Source: Botryllus schlosseri
Lineage: Eukaryota
Length of the DNA stretch: 64,000 bases
Assembly (NCBI GenBank): GCA_051294905.1
Contig: CM119371.1
Location: forward strand, 5,024,001 to 5,088,000
Direction: 5' to 3'
Shown: in pieces, positions 24,425 to 37,314 of the stretch
Numbering within the stretch: the first letter of the stretch is position 1
Layout of the letters: every line of letters begins with the position of its first letter
Position numbers and translations under genes: made by a program
Notes under the pieces: generated by a model
What the model was told of the DNA's origin: nothing
What the model saw: the letters and a program-made list of their open reading frames with translations, nothing else
Databases searched by the model: none

Positions 24425-26175
24425 GTCTAAACGATAGCAGATAATAGCCAAAGCCTGCGAGGCCCGCGAAGCGATAGTTCAAGCCAGCGACATCTTGCAC
24501 ACGACACCTATTACAGATGCGATTGAGGCACGTGATAGTTCTACATCAATGTTCAACGTAATGTTGTAATAACGCGAAGCTATAGTCTTTGTTCCGACAG
24601 TTCGGAATTGTTACTTTTGCACCGCAAACGCATTTAGGACTGCATTTTGAATGCGAGCCTAAGCCTGCGCCGGGCCACTGTTATTCACGTGATGTAATCG
24701 CACAAGCTCAAGCGTTAATTGGTATTTAACATCTCCACACCCCAAAATCATGGCAGGCAGTAGATATCATATTGATTTAGAACAAAATTAATCCAGATCA
24801 TGTGCAAAAACAGGCTGAACAATTGACACAAACGAAAACATTCATTTGTGTATCTTCACTGTTCGAGTGTTCGTACATGAGCGCAAAATGGAGAGATCTA
24901 CCAATGTGTTGTAATATGATCGGTGCGCACTTTCGTGATAACATCCTCGCTTTGTTAATTAAGGTCAAGATACCTTGCTGTCTCTCTTTATGCTGTTATC
25001 CTCGCTTACGGGTTACAATGTTATGTTCAGTTGTACTTAGTTTTGTATATGCGAATGAAGAAGTCACAAACAAGAGTAAGATTATCTGAACATGGTAATA
25101 TCTGCATTTCTGCATACATTTAAGCTGATCAATCGGTTAGAACTAGGAACAAACTCTCCTTTTAAAAACACCCCCCTATTCTAAAGGTACCCCCCGTTTT
25201 TTCCCGACTAGATACGCCCCTGCGCGTGCTGCAATCAAATGGCCTAATTTCGTCGCGTACAAACGGCCAACCAACTGAACAGTTGATCCGCTAACCGTTG
25301 TGCAGCGCAGACAGTACCGGTAATTGGCAACAGGCTTCTCGCTAATTGTCAACACGTCACACTAATAATACGAATTACGGGGCATTATGGCTGAATGTGG
25401 TGCGCAATTGAAACAGACACGAAGAAAGGTGTGATTTCAAGTTATATTTCGAAAAAGATTTTTTCGAGGCTTGCTGTAACCATGCATAATACCCACTCCC
25501 GATTTTGGACAAAAAATCAGGAAAATATTGCGCATTGGACATGGAAAAGTACGGTAGCTAGAAAAATTTTTTTTTTCAACCTATATGAAAGTAAAAAGCA
25601 GCATTGTTAATTGTGAACTTTATTACTGAAAAACTGCTTCAGGGCAAATTCATTGAAGCTGCTCAATGTTCATGGTCACAGGTACACATTTTGATGGTTC
25701 TTGGAAAATTTCTCTATTTGATTTGCAAATATGCACCGAAGTGCGCTATTGTCATTAGTCATTGTGTTTTTTTCTTGTGTTATCAATGATTTGTTACTAA
25801 AATGATCAAAACTTGATATACCAATCCAATAGTTCTATTGATGATGTCCTACTAAATGAAACAATAAGACTACCGGTACATTACAATGTTCATAATCTAC
25901 TCTCTCATTTGTGAAGTCATTTCCATGCTATCGATAGTTTTGTATGTTTGCACTCTATCCCGGTATCATGATTGCTCTTTCTACAATCTTATAATGCTCT
26001 TTGTTTGAAATAGTTCTACTCTCTTGTGCATTCCAGATGAAGCCATACTATAATTGAACAATGTTTATATGCTGAAATGATGAAAATCTGCGGGTCGCAT
26101 CTCTAGTGTCGTGAAGAAAAGCATTCTGTGGATCCAGTATTAACTGTTGATCACTTGAAAGAACGCCGATTCGAT

Positions 26176-27339
26176 ATGTATGGGAAAACGTTTACTGGGA
26201 ATAGTAATCTCAAGCATCTTATTATGCATGCTGACATCAGAAATGTTGAATGTGATGTATGTGGTAAAGCATTCACTCAGAAGTGTACCCTGAAGTTGCA
26301 TATGGATATGCATGCTGGCATCAACAATCATGTTTGTGATATGTGTGGGAAATCATTCACTGAGAAGGGTACCCTCAAGTTTCACATGGATAAGCATGCT
26401 GGAATCAAAAATCATGTTTGTGATATATGTGGTAAAACATTCACTCAGAAGGGCCACGTAAAAGAACATCTGGAGATGCATGCTGCGATCAAAAATCATG
26501 TTTGTGATATATGTGGTAAAGCATTCACTCAGAAGGGCCACGTAAAAGAGCATATGGAGATGCATGCTGGAATCAAAAATCATAAATGTGCTATATGTGG
26601 TAGATCATTCACTCACAAGGGTACTCTCAAGCGTCATATGGATATGCATGCTGGGATCAAAAATCATAAATGTGCTATATGTGGTAGATCATTCACTCAC
26701 AAGGGTACTCTCAAGCGTCATATGGATATGCATGTTGGGATCAAAAACCATGTTTGTGATATATGTGGTAAAGTATTCACTCAGAAGGGCCACGTAAAAG
26801 AACATATGGATAAGCATGCTGGAATCAAAAATCATAAATGTGCTATATGTGGTAAAGCATTCACTCATAAGGGTACTCTCAAGCTTCATATGGATATGCA
26901 TGCTGGAATAAAAAATCATACATGTGCTATGTGTGGTAAATCATTCACTGGGAAGGGTACCCTCAAGCTTCATATGGATATGCATGCTGGGATCAAAAAT
27001 CATGCGTGTGATATATGTGGGAAAGCATTCGCTCAGAAGGGCCACGTAAAAGAACATATGGAGATGCATGCTGGAATCAAAAATCATAAATGTGCTATAT
27101 GTGGTAAAGCATTCACTCATAAGGGTACTCTCAAGCTTCATATGGATATGCATGCTGGAATAAAAAATCATACATGTGCTATGTGTGGTAAAGCATTCAC
27201 TGAGAAGGGTACCCTCAAGCGTCATATGGATATGCATGCTGGGATCAAAAATCATATGTGTGATATGTGTGGTAAAGCATTCACTCGGTCGGGCTACCTC
27301 AAAGAACATATTAAGATGCATGCTGGTATCAAAAATTAG
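26176..27339 (+). CDS. Tandem C2H2 zinc-finger protein D (family 2, AGIKNH linker), 13 fingers
   Basis: ORF 26128-27339 with first in-frame ATG at 26176 and 13 CxxC-12-HxxxH repeats. It ends at a TAG inside the array, with degenerate fingers continuing to ~27725 and again at ~28280-28400. Candidate splice acceptor ttccag at ~26037. Confidence 0.85.
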   Translation: MYGKTFTGNSNLKHLIMHADIRNVECDVCGKAFTQKCTLKLHMDMHAGINNHVCDMCGKSFTEKGTLKFHMDKHAGIKNHVCDICGKTFTQKGHVKEHLEMHAAIKNHVCDICGKAFTQKGHVKEHMEMHAGIKNHKCAICGRSFTHKGTLKRHMDMHAGIKNHKCAICGRSFTHKGTLKRHMDMHVGIKNHVCDICGKVFTQKGHVKEHMDKHAGIKNHKCAICGKAFTHKGTLKLHMDMHAGIKNHTCAMCGKSFTGKGTLKLHMDMHAGIKNHACDICGKAFAQKGHVKEHMEMHAGIKNHKCAICGKAFTHKGTLKLHMDMHAGIKNHTCAMCGKAFTEKGTLKRHMDMHAGIKNHMCDMCGKAFTRSGYLKEHIKMHAGIKN

Positions 27340-29245
27340 AAATGTGCTATATGTGGTAAAGCATTCACTTAGAAGGGTAACCTCAAGCTTCATATGGATA
27401 ACCATGCTGGAGTCAAAAATCATGTTTTTGATATTTATGGTAAAGCAACCATTCATAAGGGCCACCTCAAAGAACATGTGAAGATGCATGCTGGAATCAA
27501 AAATCATAATATGTGATCAAGCGTTATATGGATAAACATACTGGCATCGAAAATCATGTTTGTGATATATGTGGTAAAGCATTCACTCAGAAGGACCACG
27601 TCAAAGAACATAATTATGGAGATGCATGCTGGAATCAAAAATCAAACATGTGCTGTGTGTTAAAGTATTCACTAAGAGGGGTAGGCTACCCTCAAGCGTA
27701 ATATAGATATGCATGCTGGCATCAAAATTAATTATTGTGATGTCCCGTAATTTCTCCAATATAATACGCCCCTACGAGGCTTGTGACGCGATAGTTAAGA
27801 CCAGTAACGATATCGTGTGCAAGATCCCTATCATAGATTCGATTAGTTGGGCCTATATCGTGCGAGCCAGGCATGTTGGAGATGCAATTGTTCAGGCCAG
27901 CGAATATATCTTGCACACATGTCCTGTTGGAGATGCGATTGTTCAGGCCTGTCGTTGACGCTATAAATTAGCGAGGAATGCCAGAGTGCGCGTGCAGCAC
28001 AATGGTTCTTGCTAATTGCCAGTGTGTAACATTTATAATACGTATTACTGGCACGATAGCTGAATGTGATGCGGGATTGACAACAAACATGCAGAAAGGT
28101 GTGATTTCAAGTTTTATTTCACATGATTTTTTTAAAGACCAATGCCTAATGTGCATCTCACGATTTTGCGCATTATACATGGAAAATTACGAAGACTTTT
28201 ACCAATGCGTAATGAACATCCCCCAATTTTGTGACAAATAACGGTAAAATTTTGCGCATTATACACATTGAATTACGGTATGTGGAAAAGCATTTACTAA
28301 CTGCAATCTTTATATGCGTCTACATGCTGGTATCAAAAATCATGATTGCGAAACTTCCTGCAACGGTTAACATCAAGCATCATATCCTCAATGATTAACA
28401 TGTTGAGATGAGTTCGAAAGTTTGATAAGTCTCGATCAAGTGAAAAAAGGTCGGAAGAATTCGAAATAACCTCCAGTACCGTTATTCTTCCAATGAAAAA
28501 CTCATTTTTGCCTAGAACATGATCAGTCACATCAACAATCTGCTAATGTAAGAAGGCATACTTGGTGACTAATCGAATCTGAAAGAGTTGCAAAGTTGTA
28601 GAGTTGCCGAATTGTGTATATTTCAAGTAAACAACTGGAGCTGGACATGATCGAGTACTTGAGTGATTTGAGTCGTGCATGATGTAGCTAACTCAGCTTT
28701 GTTTCGCTGCTAGCAGTGCTAAGTGATTGCCTTGAAGAGTGAACGTATTACTACATCTCTCTGGCTATCATTCTGTATGAGCTCGCATATTTTTCATGTG
28801 CATGTTATGATACTCATGCAACCTATTGCATTAACACTGGCTAATATGAAACAGACAACTATTGTTCTACATATTTTGAGTATTGATGTACAAGATTTGT
28901 TAACAAGACTTCTACATTTCTTGAATGTCGCTGTGATCAGTTTTTGTTTCCTTGAAGATCTTTTAGTCATTGCTAGCTAGTAATTGCTTAGTTTATCCTG
29001 TATAGTGGTAGTTTTGTCTGTCTGATTCTTCAGTAATTTTGTACTGATGCTCATGTGGAAAGCCTATCTGATTCTGATAAAATATAATTAATGAGCTGCT
29101 TCGGAATCAAATCCATTGAGTTGTGTTTTTGTTGGTTTCTGATTTTCAAATGTCGTTCGTTCTGATTTACTTGTGGAGTTTAAACATCCAGTAGTTTGTG
29201 GAAATCTGGTGCCAGCATGTCAATTTACGATATTTCATTTCGCAG

Positions 29246-29435
29246 ATTGATTTGGATTTGATTTCACAATTATGTCTGAAAAAGTACGAAAGAGATCTCT
29301 GAATTAATTGTGTGATGACTCTACTGGGAACCATACAAGCGAGGTCCATTTCTTGGCAAAGGCGAATTTGCCAAATGTATTAAACTTACTGAAATCTGAA
29401 GAAAACAAGCTTTCGCTTGTTAAAATGTGCCAAAA
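29246..29435 (+). pseudogene. PLK1: Polo-like kinase 1 pseudo-exon (first kinase exon), copy 2
   Basis: KEISELIV..DSTG..YKRGPFLGKGEFAKCIKLTEI*RKQAFAC*NVPK. AG acceptor at 29244-45, candidate ATG at 29272, donor mutated. Confidence 0.88.
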
Positions 29436-29938
29436 TTGAGTCGTCTTATTGGCACTATAGAATATGTGTGAATGCTAATGTATTTTTCACCTGTACTAAT
29501 ATAATTTTGTAAATACTCTTGTGAAAACAAATGTGGGAAAGACCTTGAAATTTGCCATTTCTACATGCTTTTTATAACTAGAGCTAGCCCGACTTCGGAT
29601 TTTTGAGCCAATACCGATGAAATTGATACCTCAATATTCTTCTAGATTAGGCCATATTTTAAAAAATGTAACAGCTTCACAGTCATTTTTATGCCTGGAC
29701 ATGGAATAAACTAGAAAGTCTGCATATGGACACTTGTAAGATATAAGGAGGCTATCAATATTTCCTGTGTAGCAGTCGCGGGGTGTCTGTGACCACGTTG
29801 CGCCCGCGCAGAAATTATCGATATTTTTTGCCTCTCATAGCCGATGCCGATATGTTTTGTGATATCTATGCGGTGTTATTGGCAAACCTATCATGGGCAG
29901 GGCAATAAATGCAAGCATTAATCTGGCGTTCATTTCAG

Positions 29939-30070
29939 GCACTTCTAGGGAATAAGCCTCGTAAAGAAAAAATGTGTCAAGAGACCAGTCTCCATAGCAG
30001 GTTGAGCAACAAACAAGTCGTTCGATTTGATGGATTTGTGAAAGAAAAGAATATTTTCTATATGTACTTA
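29939..30070 (+). pseudogene. PLK1: PLK1 pseudo-exon (alphaC/hinge exon), copy a, 3'-degraded
   Basis: tttcag|ALLGNKPRKEKMCQETSLHSRLSNKQVVRFDGFVKEK versus PLK1 [36 protein letters not shown]. Confidence 0.8.
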
Positions 30071-31050
30071 ATCAAGCAATTGTACCTGATTTCATAAATA
30101 ATTTCGAGAATTACCTCGCAGGCCACACCTAACCTTCTCGTGTGCCAAATTTAGCCTGCGTGCCATGGGCTGGCCGCACCTTATCTGTATGTTTATTAAT
30201 AACAGTGATTGGTGGTACATAAAAATTATATTGAAAATTTTTTAAAAGCAAATGTTTTCATGATAGAGAAGTCGGAGTCGAAGTCAGGGTCAATCTCACA
30301 AACTCCGAGTCCAAGTCCAGTCATTATTTTCCCTCCGACTCCGGCTATTATAGTTTTCACGACTCCGACTCCATCAAGCGAAAATTACACAGACTCCGAC
30401 TCCACAGCCCTGATTCGGACACTTATAAGATATAAAAATATATTAATATTTCCAGTGTAGCAGTCGCATATGATAGTTCTCTGACTCATTACTACCATGC
30501 TGTGACATCATGGATATTGCCGATATATTTTCCCTCGTGGCTGATACCGATATTTCTCTTCAAGTCTTATATCAGTACCCAGTAGGCGACTGATTATATT
30601 TGTCGCATGCATCAATGCCATTTTTTGATAATATTGTAAATTGCCATTCTTGAATGCTTATTATAGCTAGAGTATGACTAATATGGGATTTTAAGCCAAT
30701 GCCGATAGAACCGTTACCCATAGCACCTTCGCCCATAACTTCGATATTCTACTAGCTTGGGGACATTTCAAAAATATAGCGGCTTCACAGTCATTTCTAT
30801 GCTAGGACATGAAATAAACTAGAAAGGATGCATCCGGACACTTATAAAATACAAAAACATATTAATATTCCCAGTGTAACAGTCGCATATGATAATTCTC
30901 TGACTCCTTACTACCATGCTGTGACATCATTGCCGATATCTTTTCCCTCGTGGCTGATACTGATATTTCGCAGTACCCAGTACGATATTTTCGGCGCACT
31001 TATAATGGGTCGCGCTTTGATTACAAGCATTAATGTCGTGTGAATTTCAG

Positions 31051-31199
31051 GTACTACTCGTGAATGAGCATCATAAAAGCAAAATATGTCTAGAGGTCCT
31101 TCTCCATAGCATTGTGAATCACACGCACGTCGTAGGATTTCACGGATTTTTCGTATACAAAGATTTTGTCTACATCGTTCTCGAATTTGCAAAAGACGG
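31051..31199 (+). pseudogene. PLK1: PLK1 pseudo-exon (alphaC/hinge exon), copy b
   Basis: tttcag|[45 protein letters not shown](-1 nt)CKRR|gtaaa. 149 nt, one base short of in-frame. Confidence 0.88.
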
Positions 31200-31862
31200 G
31201 TAAAAGGTTTTCCTTGTTATTTTTACAAATTTAGTGTGTATTACACTGTTGGTCATAATTCCATCAGTTCTCTCGGTTCATTAGTGACGGATCTGGTCAA
31301 CTAGAAATTTCTAGAAGTCACATTAGATATGGCAATCGCAAAATGCCGGTAATCTAATTCCAATCTAATTTGTCAAATGTTTCTCCCATTGTAATTTTAA
31401 TCTAATTTCTGTTTTTTTTCTGAAAATGCTACAGGAGAACTGTTTAGTGCATAACCATAGTGTCCTATATGGCTATATGGTGTCGACACAGGAAAATCTC
31501 ACGCCTCAGTGAAATTGTATCACGTCACAATTTCCATTTGGCTACAGGCAATTTGACAGTCATTTTTGAACGGCTTGCCGAGCAGCAAATTTGGTAAAAC
31601 GGGTATCAATCGAAAGCTGACTCTGCACTGAGTACGAAACTATTAATTTTATTCCGCTCGTGGCCCTGGAACTCCCGCAAACAGCCTTGAATTTTTCATT
31701 GTTATGGAGATTGACATTGGGAGGCAACAATGCTGTCTGGTGAAACGAGAGAGTAGCTCAAGAGAAAAAGAGAATAATTAGAAATAGAATTAGTCAGAGA
31801 AAGACGTAGTTAGTTGCTCGCCACCGAACTAGATTGGTGATTTGTACGAGTCTCGATTTCAG

Positions 31863-32002
31863 GAAATGATCGTCAGAAATAGAAAATGTGTCGAGAGATG
31901 AGTCTCCATCGCAGTTCCAATCACGAGCATGTCGTTGGATTTCACGGATTTTTCCAAGACGAGGATTTTGTCGACATCGTTCGCGAGTTGTGCAAAAGAA
32001 GG
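31863..32002 (+). pseudogene. PLK1: PLK1 pseudo-exon (alphaC/hinge exon), copy c
   Basis: [42 protein letters not shown]|gtaaa versus PLK1 [41 protein letters not shown]. Confidence 0.92.
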
Positions 32003-33224
32003 GTAAAAGCATTTTCTTGATACAACTGTAATGTTTCTCAAAGTGTTGCGCAATTGCATCAGCTCTGTAATGTTCATTACTGGCGGACTTTGGACAACTA
32101 CATACTTCTTGTCTAATCAACCTAAATGGAGCCAAATATTGGTAATCTTGTGAGAGTCTGATTTGTCAATGCGTTTACGGCACGTCCGCAGTTAAATTTT
32201 AATGCAATGTCTGGTGTTCCTAAAATGCTACACGAGAACTGTATCGTACGAAACGAGCCAAGCTTCATGTGTAGACATTTGGTATTGGCGTGTATATAAG
32301 AATAATCCCAGATGTGATATGAACTGACACCGTATTTTTGTACAAATTCTTTGATGAAATGATTAATTATAATATAGTGGAAAGACTTGTGTAGGGTGTA
32401 GCTATCACTGTAATTCTAGTCCAATTTGAAAAAAAAAACGTGTTTAGCTATTATTGTAATTCTAATCTAGTTTCGAACAGCTGAAAATTCTCTAGTTGCA
32501 CAATTCCGACCACTAGGGGCTTGTCACAATGAATGTGGTATTCGAATCTGAATTGAGTAAATCATATTAATCGAGTCTGGTAGTGAAAACGATTTTTTAT
32601 AGTACTGAAATGATACCCTTTTTGCCACAAGAGGTGAAATGATTAAAAACAAACTGAGATTAACTGGGAGTGAATTTATCAATGAGAATTATAGTTTCGA
32701 TACTATTTTCAACTGTTGAAAGCTGTAAACCTCAATTTGCAGTATCACGGCATATGAAGTATGTAGTACAAAGTTATGCACGTTACTAGAAATGATATAT
32801 CTGTGACGTCGTGATCAATCACAGCATTGACAACATAGTGCAATGAAATAGGCGTGGTCGAAAATAGACAAATTGTCTTTAATAAGATGTAGGACTGGCA
32901 GTATATTGTTTGTAGCAGCGTGAACGGTAGTCCACATATTTGAATTTTCTCATCAACCATGCTGGTATGGCACCATAATAAGTAATACTCGAATACTCGA
33001 CTCGAAGCCTACTACTCGAGTCAATTTCAAATCAGTAAGGTTGTCAAATATCAAAAAGGCAGCATGAAATGAAGTTTTAATTTGGAACGTTCATCTGCGC
33101 AAAAAAATTGCTGTCGGATTTTACTGGCCCGCTAGCTCAAAAAGGGTGGGAACTGCTGATTTAGATGTTGCAGCAAATGCTTTTAGTTTTTTCATCCTGT
33201 CAATCCTTTAATATATATTGCCAG

Positions 33225-33350
33225 TCGCTGATGGGAGTTTACAAAAGATGGCGCCCCATCACAGAACCAGAGACTCTTTCTTTCATGTAGCAGATTGTGC
33301 TTGGAGCCGTTTATCTTCATCACTGTAAGATCAGTCACAGAGATATTATG
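33225..33350 (+). pseudogene. PLK1: PLK1 pseudo-exon (alphaD/alphaE to HRD exon), copy a
   Basis: cag|SLMGVYKRWRPITEPETLSFM*QIVLGAVYLHHCKISHRDIM|gta, 126 nt. Compare [42 protein letters not shown]. Confidence 0.9.
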
Positions 33351-34061
33351 GTAATATTGCTTGCATTTGACTAGGTCAGAGGTCATCAGTAGCGAAGTAC
33401 TTTTACATTGTCATGGTCAGACTTGGACAACTAAATATTCATAGCGGAGTTATCTAATAAAACTAATTGGAGCGAATGTCTGAAATCTAATTCTATTATA
33501 ATTTGATAAGAGTTTCTATACTCTCAATTCTAATCTAATTTCTGGTTTTCCTGAAATTGCTACAGGAGAACTATGTAGCGCGAAAGGAGACAAACTTACT
33601 GTACAAACATTTGTCATCCTCGTGCCCATGAGAATGAATTCTGATTTGATATGAACTGAACTTGATTCCATGTCGCAAGGTTTCACGAAATCAGTTGTTA
33701 TAAAAACTGTGTAGCTTGTATTTTAATTCTAATCTAATATGGAAAAGTAGCTATCATTCTAATGCTGATCTGATTTGGAAATAACTGTGTAGATATCATC
33801 ATAATTATGTTCGAATATGGAAATTAACTCTGTAACTGTAATGCTGATTCTAGACTGATTTAAAAAAGCTGAAAATTTTATAGTTGTATAAGTCTGCGAA
33901 TCTGCTTATCCTGATACTTGAATCTTTTTCTATCCAAATACAATTCCTGATTGGTATTCTAGTTTGAATTCACAAATCCCGATAGACAAACAATGTTATG
34001 AAAATGTTAGTTACTATCTGTGATTTTTTTCATATCTGTGATCTTCTCATTAGAATGTTAG

Positions 34062-34206
34062 AAAACGGCTCCTGTAAAGGAAGTGCGGGCGATCAAGTAT
34101 TTCAACGGCTCCATTCCTCAGAAACTGCCCATAACCTGATTGCCAATGGCGCCTAGAATTTCGGAAAGCCAACTACAGCAAAGGCGTCTTCTCCTGAGTT
34201 TCAACA
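34062..34206 (+). pseudogene. PLK1: PLK1 pseudo-exon fragment (kinase C-terminal extension / interdomain linker)
   Basis: VKEVRAIKYFNGSIPQKLPIT*LPMAPRISESQLQQRRLLLSFN|gtgagt versus PLK1 [24 protein letters not shown]...RKPLTVLN. TGA at 34137-39 replaces the Cys codon. Confidence 0.75.
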
Positions 34207-34786
34207 GTGAGTTTTTTCGTAAGTCTTGACAAAATCGAGTTCCTGATTTATTAGATTCTGAATGGAGTATTATGTTACGAGTCGCGTGCTCGAGTCTCAT
34301 CATAACTAGAGCCCGACACGACAGATATCTTATTTTTGAGCCAATACCAATATGTAGCACCTTCACCGATAACCTCGATATAATCGACTTCTATTGAAAT
34401 AATATGGAAACTAGCTTAAGACATATTTCCAGGCCTTCATAGTATTTATTTGAACCACTGTGCGGGCGTTGCTATACTTGGACATGAAATAAACTAGAAA
34501 GAATGCATCTGAACGCGTGTAAGCAGAGTCAGTCAGTAGCAATAGTACCTTTACTTTTACAGAGTACTCGATAAGGTTTTGCCTCGCGGCTTCACCATTA
34601 TTAGTAGTGACGACTCGGAGACGGCTGCAAGAACATCACACAACGGAAAACCGATATCATGATTCATGACAAACAAAGACACATGTTTTCTTGTTGATCG
34701 CCAACTAAAATATTTTTACATACACAACTAGAACTAGAATTACTCACTTTTTAAGATCCGCAACTAAATCTAGTATCTAATTTCAG

Positions 34787-34935
34787 GCATTGCTTGTGAA
34801 CAAGCATGAGGAAGACAAATATGTCAAAAGATCGGTCTCCATCGAATTTTGAATCACAAGTACATCGTTGGATTTCACGGATTGTTCCAAGACAAGCATT
34901 TTGTCGACGTCGTTCTTGAGTAGTGCAGAAGAAGG
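34787..34935 (+). pseudogene. PLK1: PLK1 pseudo-exon (alphaC/hinge exon), copy d
   Basis: tttcag|[47 protein letters not shown]|gtaaa, with a frameshift and a stop. Confidence 0.9.
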
Positions 34936-37049
34936 GTAAAAGTATTTCCTCATTATAGACTTGATGTACCTCTAACTGCGACGATCAAAAATGCATTAGA
35001 TCTGTCATGCTCATTACCAGCAGACTTGGATAACCAGATCACTATTTTTCTATAATGTATTGGGCTAAATATGGCAAAGTACTTGTCATGTAATTCCAAT
35101 CTAATTAGTCAACTAATTCTTTATATATAGTGTGAAACAAGTCAAGATTGGTGAACTATTCTCATGCTTATGATAATCAAGTCCGAATTGACATGAACTG
35201 AACTTGATTTCTTTTCCCAACTAGGTAAATAAATTCTAATCTACTTTTAATAATGTGATCATTTCCTAGTGACACAACTATGATGACTTGTGCTAGGCAC
35301 AGTGATTCGATGATTCAAATCTGAATCGAGTATCAATTCTGATCATTTGAGTCGAGTAGTCGGAAATGATTGTTTCGAGTGCTGAAAATATACGCTCCAT
35401 GCCTCAAAATTGAAAAATTATACTTACTATGAGCTGAATTGAACCACTGGGAATTATATTTCTCACTGTGAAAATCTGTGAACATTGATTGGTCGTATCG
35501 CAGTATACGAAACATGTAGTACAAAGCTATGCACGTTGCTGAAACGCACATGTAGCTGTGAAGTCGTGACATGTAGGCTAAGATAGATGATTTTGGCCTG
35601 AATACCAAATCAACTTCATGAGGCCCACACAACTATATTGCCCCTTAAAATCTCGGCAACAAGGGACGCAGTTTTGAAGCAAACAACTAGTAGTTGGGTT
35701 GTGTTTTGTGCGTGTAATGCAACATTGAACTGGGACTTCATAAAAGTAGGTTACATATGTCTTGAAGATAGCGTTTTGCAAAATCGAGTACCTGAGTGAT
35801 TTGGTTATTACTCGAGACGAATATCCGAGTATCTCTCATGACGTCATAACATTATGAATGATTATGTAATGTCCAAATATTCACATTTTATATGATCGCC
35901 ATGCAGGGTTTGTAACCAAGTCACAAGGTCCCGAGTCGCAAGGAAATCTCACTTTTGTAGTTTTGACTTGAGTCCAGTTGAGTCATTTTTAATTCACCAA
36001 CCAGTCAAGTGCAAGTGAATGAGTAGATGGGCGAGTCCAAGCCCAAGTGTTGTGGCTGGAGTCCGAGTCCAAGTCATCATGTTAACTGTTGAGTGTTGAG
36101 CTCAAACTGATTCAAACCAATTTTCAACTCTGCTCGAATGATATAGAATTGCACACATTCATAACACCGTATTCCCCCTCAGACCTAACAGTTTCTGACA
36201 GACCAATTACCAATCTTGTGGTGATTTTAATATTCTTTGAAGTTATAATGAGCTGTCTGTCTTGGCCATCCTAGTCATATGTCTTGGTTTGAGTCATGCA
36301 CAATGACTCGAGTACAAGTCGTGTCAATACATAAGTTGACTCGAGTCGTGTCACTAGAAAATTAGGACTCGTTTTGAGTGATGAATCTAGCCATCACAGC
36401 CCTGCCACTGTGAATATAATGTCGGTACTACATCTCATTATAAAGATAATTTAGTCATTTTCGACCATACCTATTTCACTGTACTTTGTGACAATGCTGT
36501 GGCTTGATCACAATGTAGGCAATACCGCATATCGAGTTTTACAGCCTTCCACAGTGGAAATGCCATTGAAACTATAATTCTCATTGATAAATTATGGTAA
36601 CTGTTAGGGACAACAAGTGTATATTTTCAGTAAATATACGGATATAGCGACACGATATCAACACTAAAATACCATGATTTTTTCAGCATTTTGTCTATTC
36701 ACCCATCTCAACGACCTTCCGTGAAGCCAGTTGTCTCCAGCTACTTTGTGAAAGCCTACATACCTCAAAAACTACCGACCATCTGCTTGCCTATCACAAA
36801 TGTCAACGCGAGACAATCTTAACCGGTGAGATTTTTACGCATCAAGTTAACAATTAGATCTTGACCAAAACCAACCAACGCGAAAAACAATTTATTTTAT
36901 CGTTTATAAATTTTCACATGTTCATGGGAAGCATTGGTTTCATGGGGATCACTTCTCGATGTGTGGAGAATAACGAAGAAGTGCCCCCTTTTTAGCTCGC
37001 TACTGGACTACGAGCGGTGGCACTGCCACACATGCTGTGCATTACGCTT

Positions 37050-37314
37050 GAAACACAGGGTAACGTATCACGATTTCATTGCAGTACTTCACATCAAGAA
37101 TTACTTCGCATATGATGGGTGGGCTGCTGTGATGAAGGCATTCCAAAGTAAATGTAGTCAGAAGGACTGGTACTGTGGAGTATGTCACCTTCAACTTACA
37201 GAGAGCAATTCAATTCGTTGTGACTCCTGTCTCTACCGGGATCATCTCCTATGTGCTGGACTAAACACTTCCCCGAAACAAAACAAATGGTCCTGTGGCC
37301 GCTGCAAAAAATAA
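37050..37314 (+). pseudogene. PHD-finger (C4HC3) coding remnant, probably the C-terminus of a decayed DNA-transposon protein
   Basis: WYCGVCHLQLTESNSIRCDSCLYRDHLLCAGLNTSPKQNKWSCGRCKK* has all 8 PHD ligands, and there is no intact upstream ORF. A transposon origin (for example MULE/SWIM-type) is inference. Confidence 0.75.
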
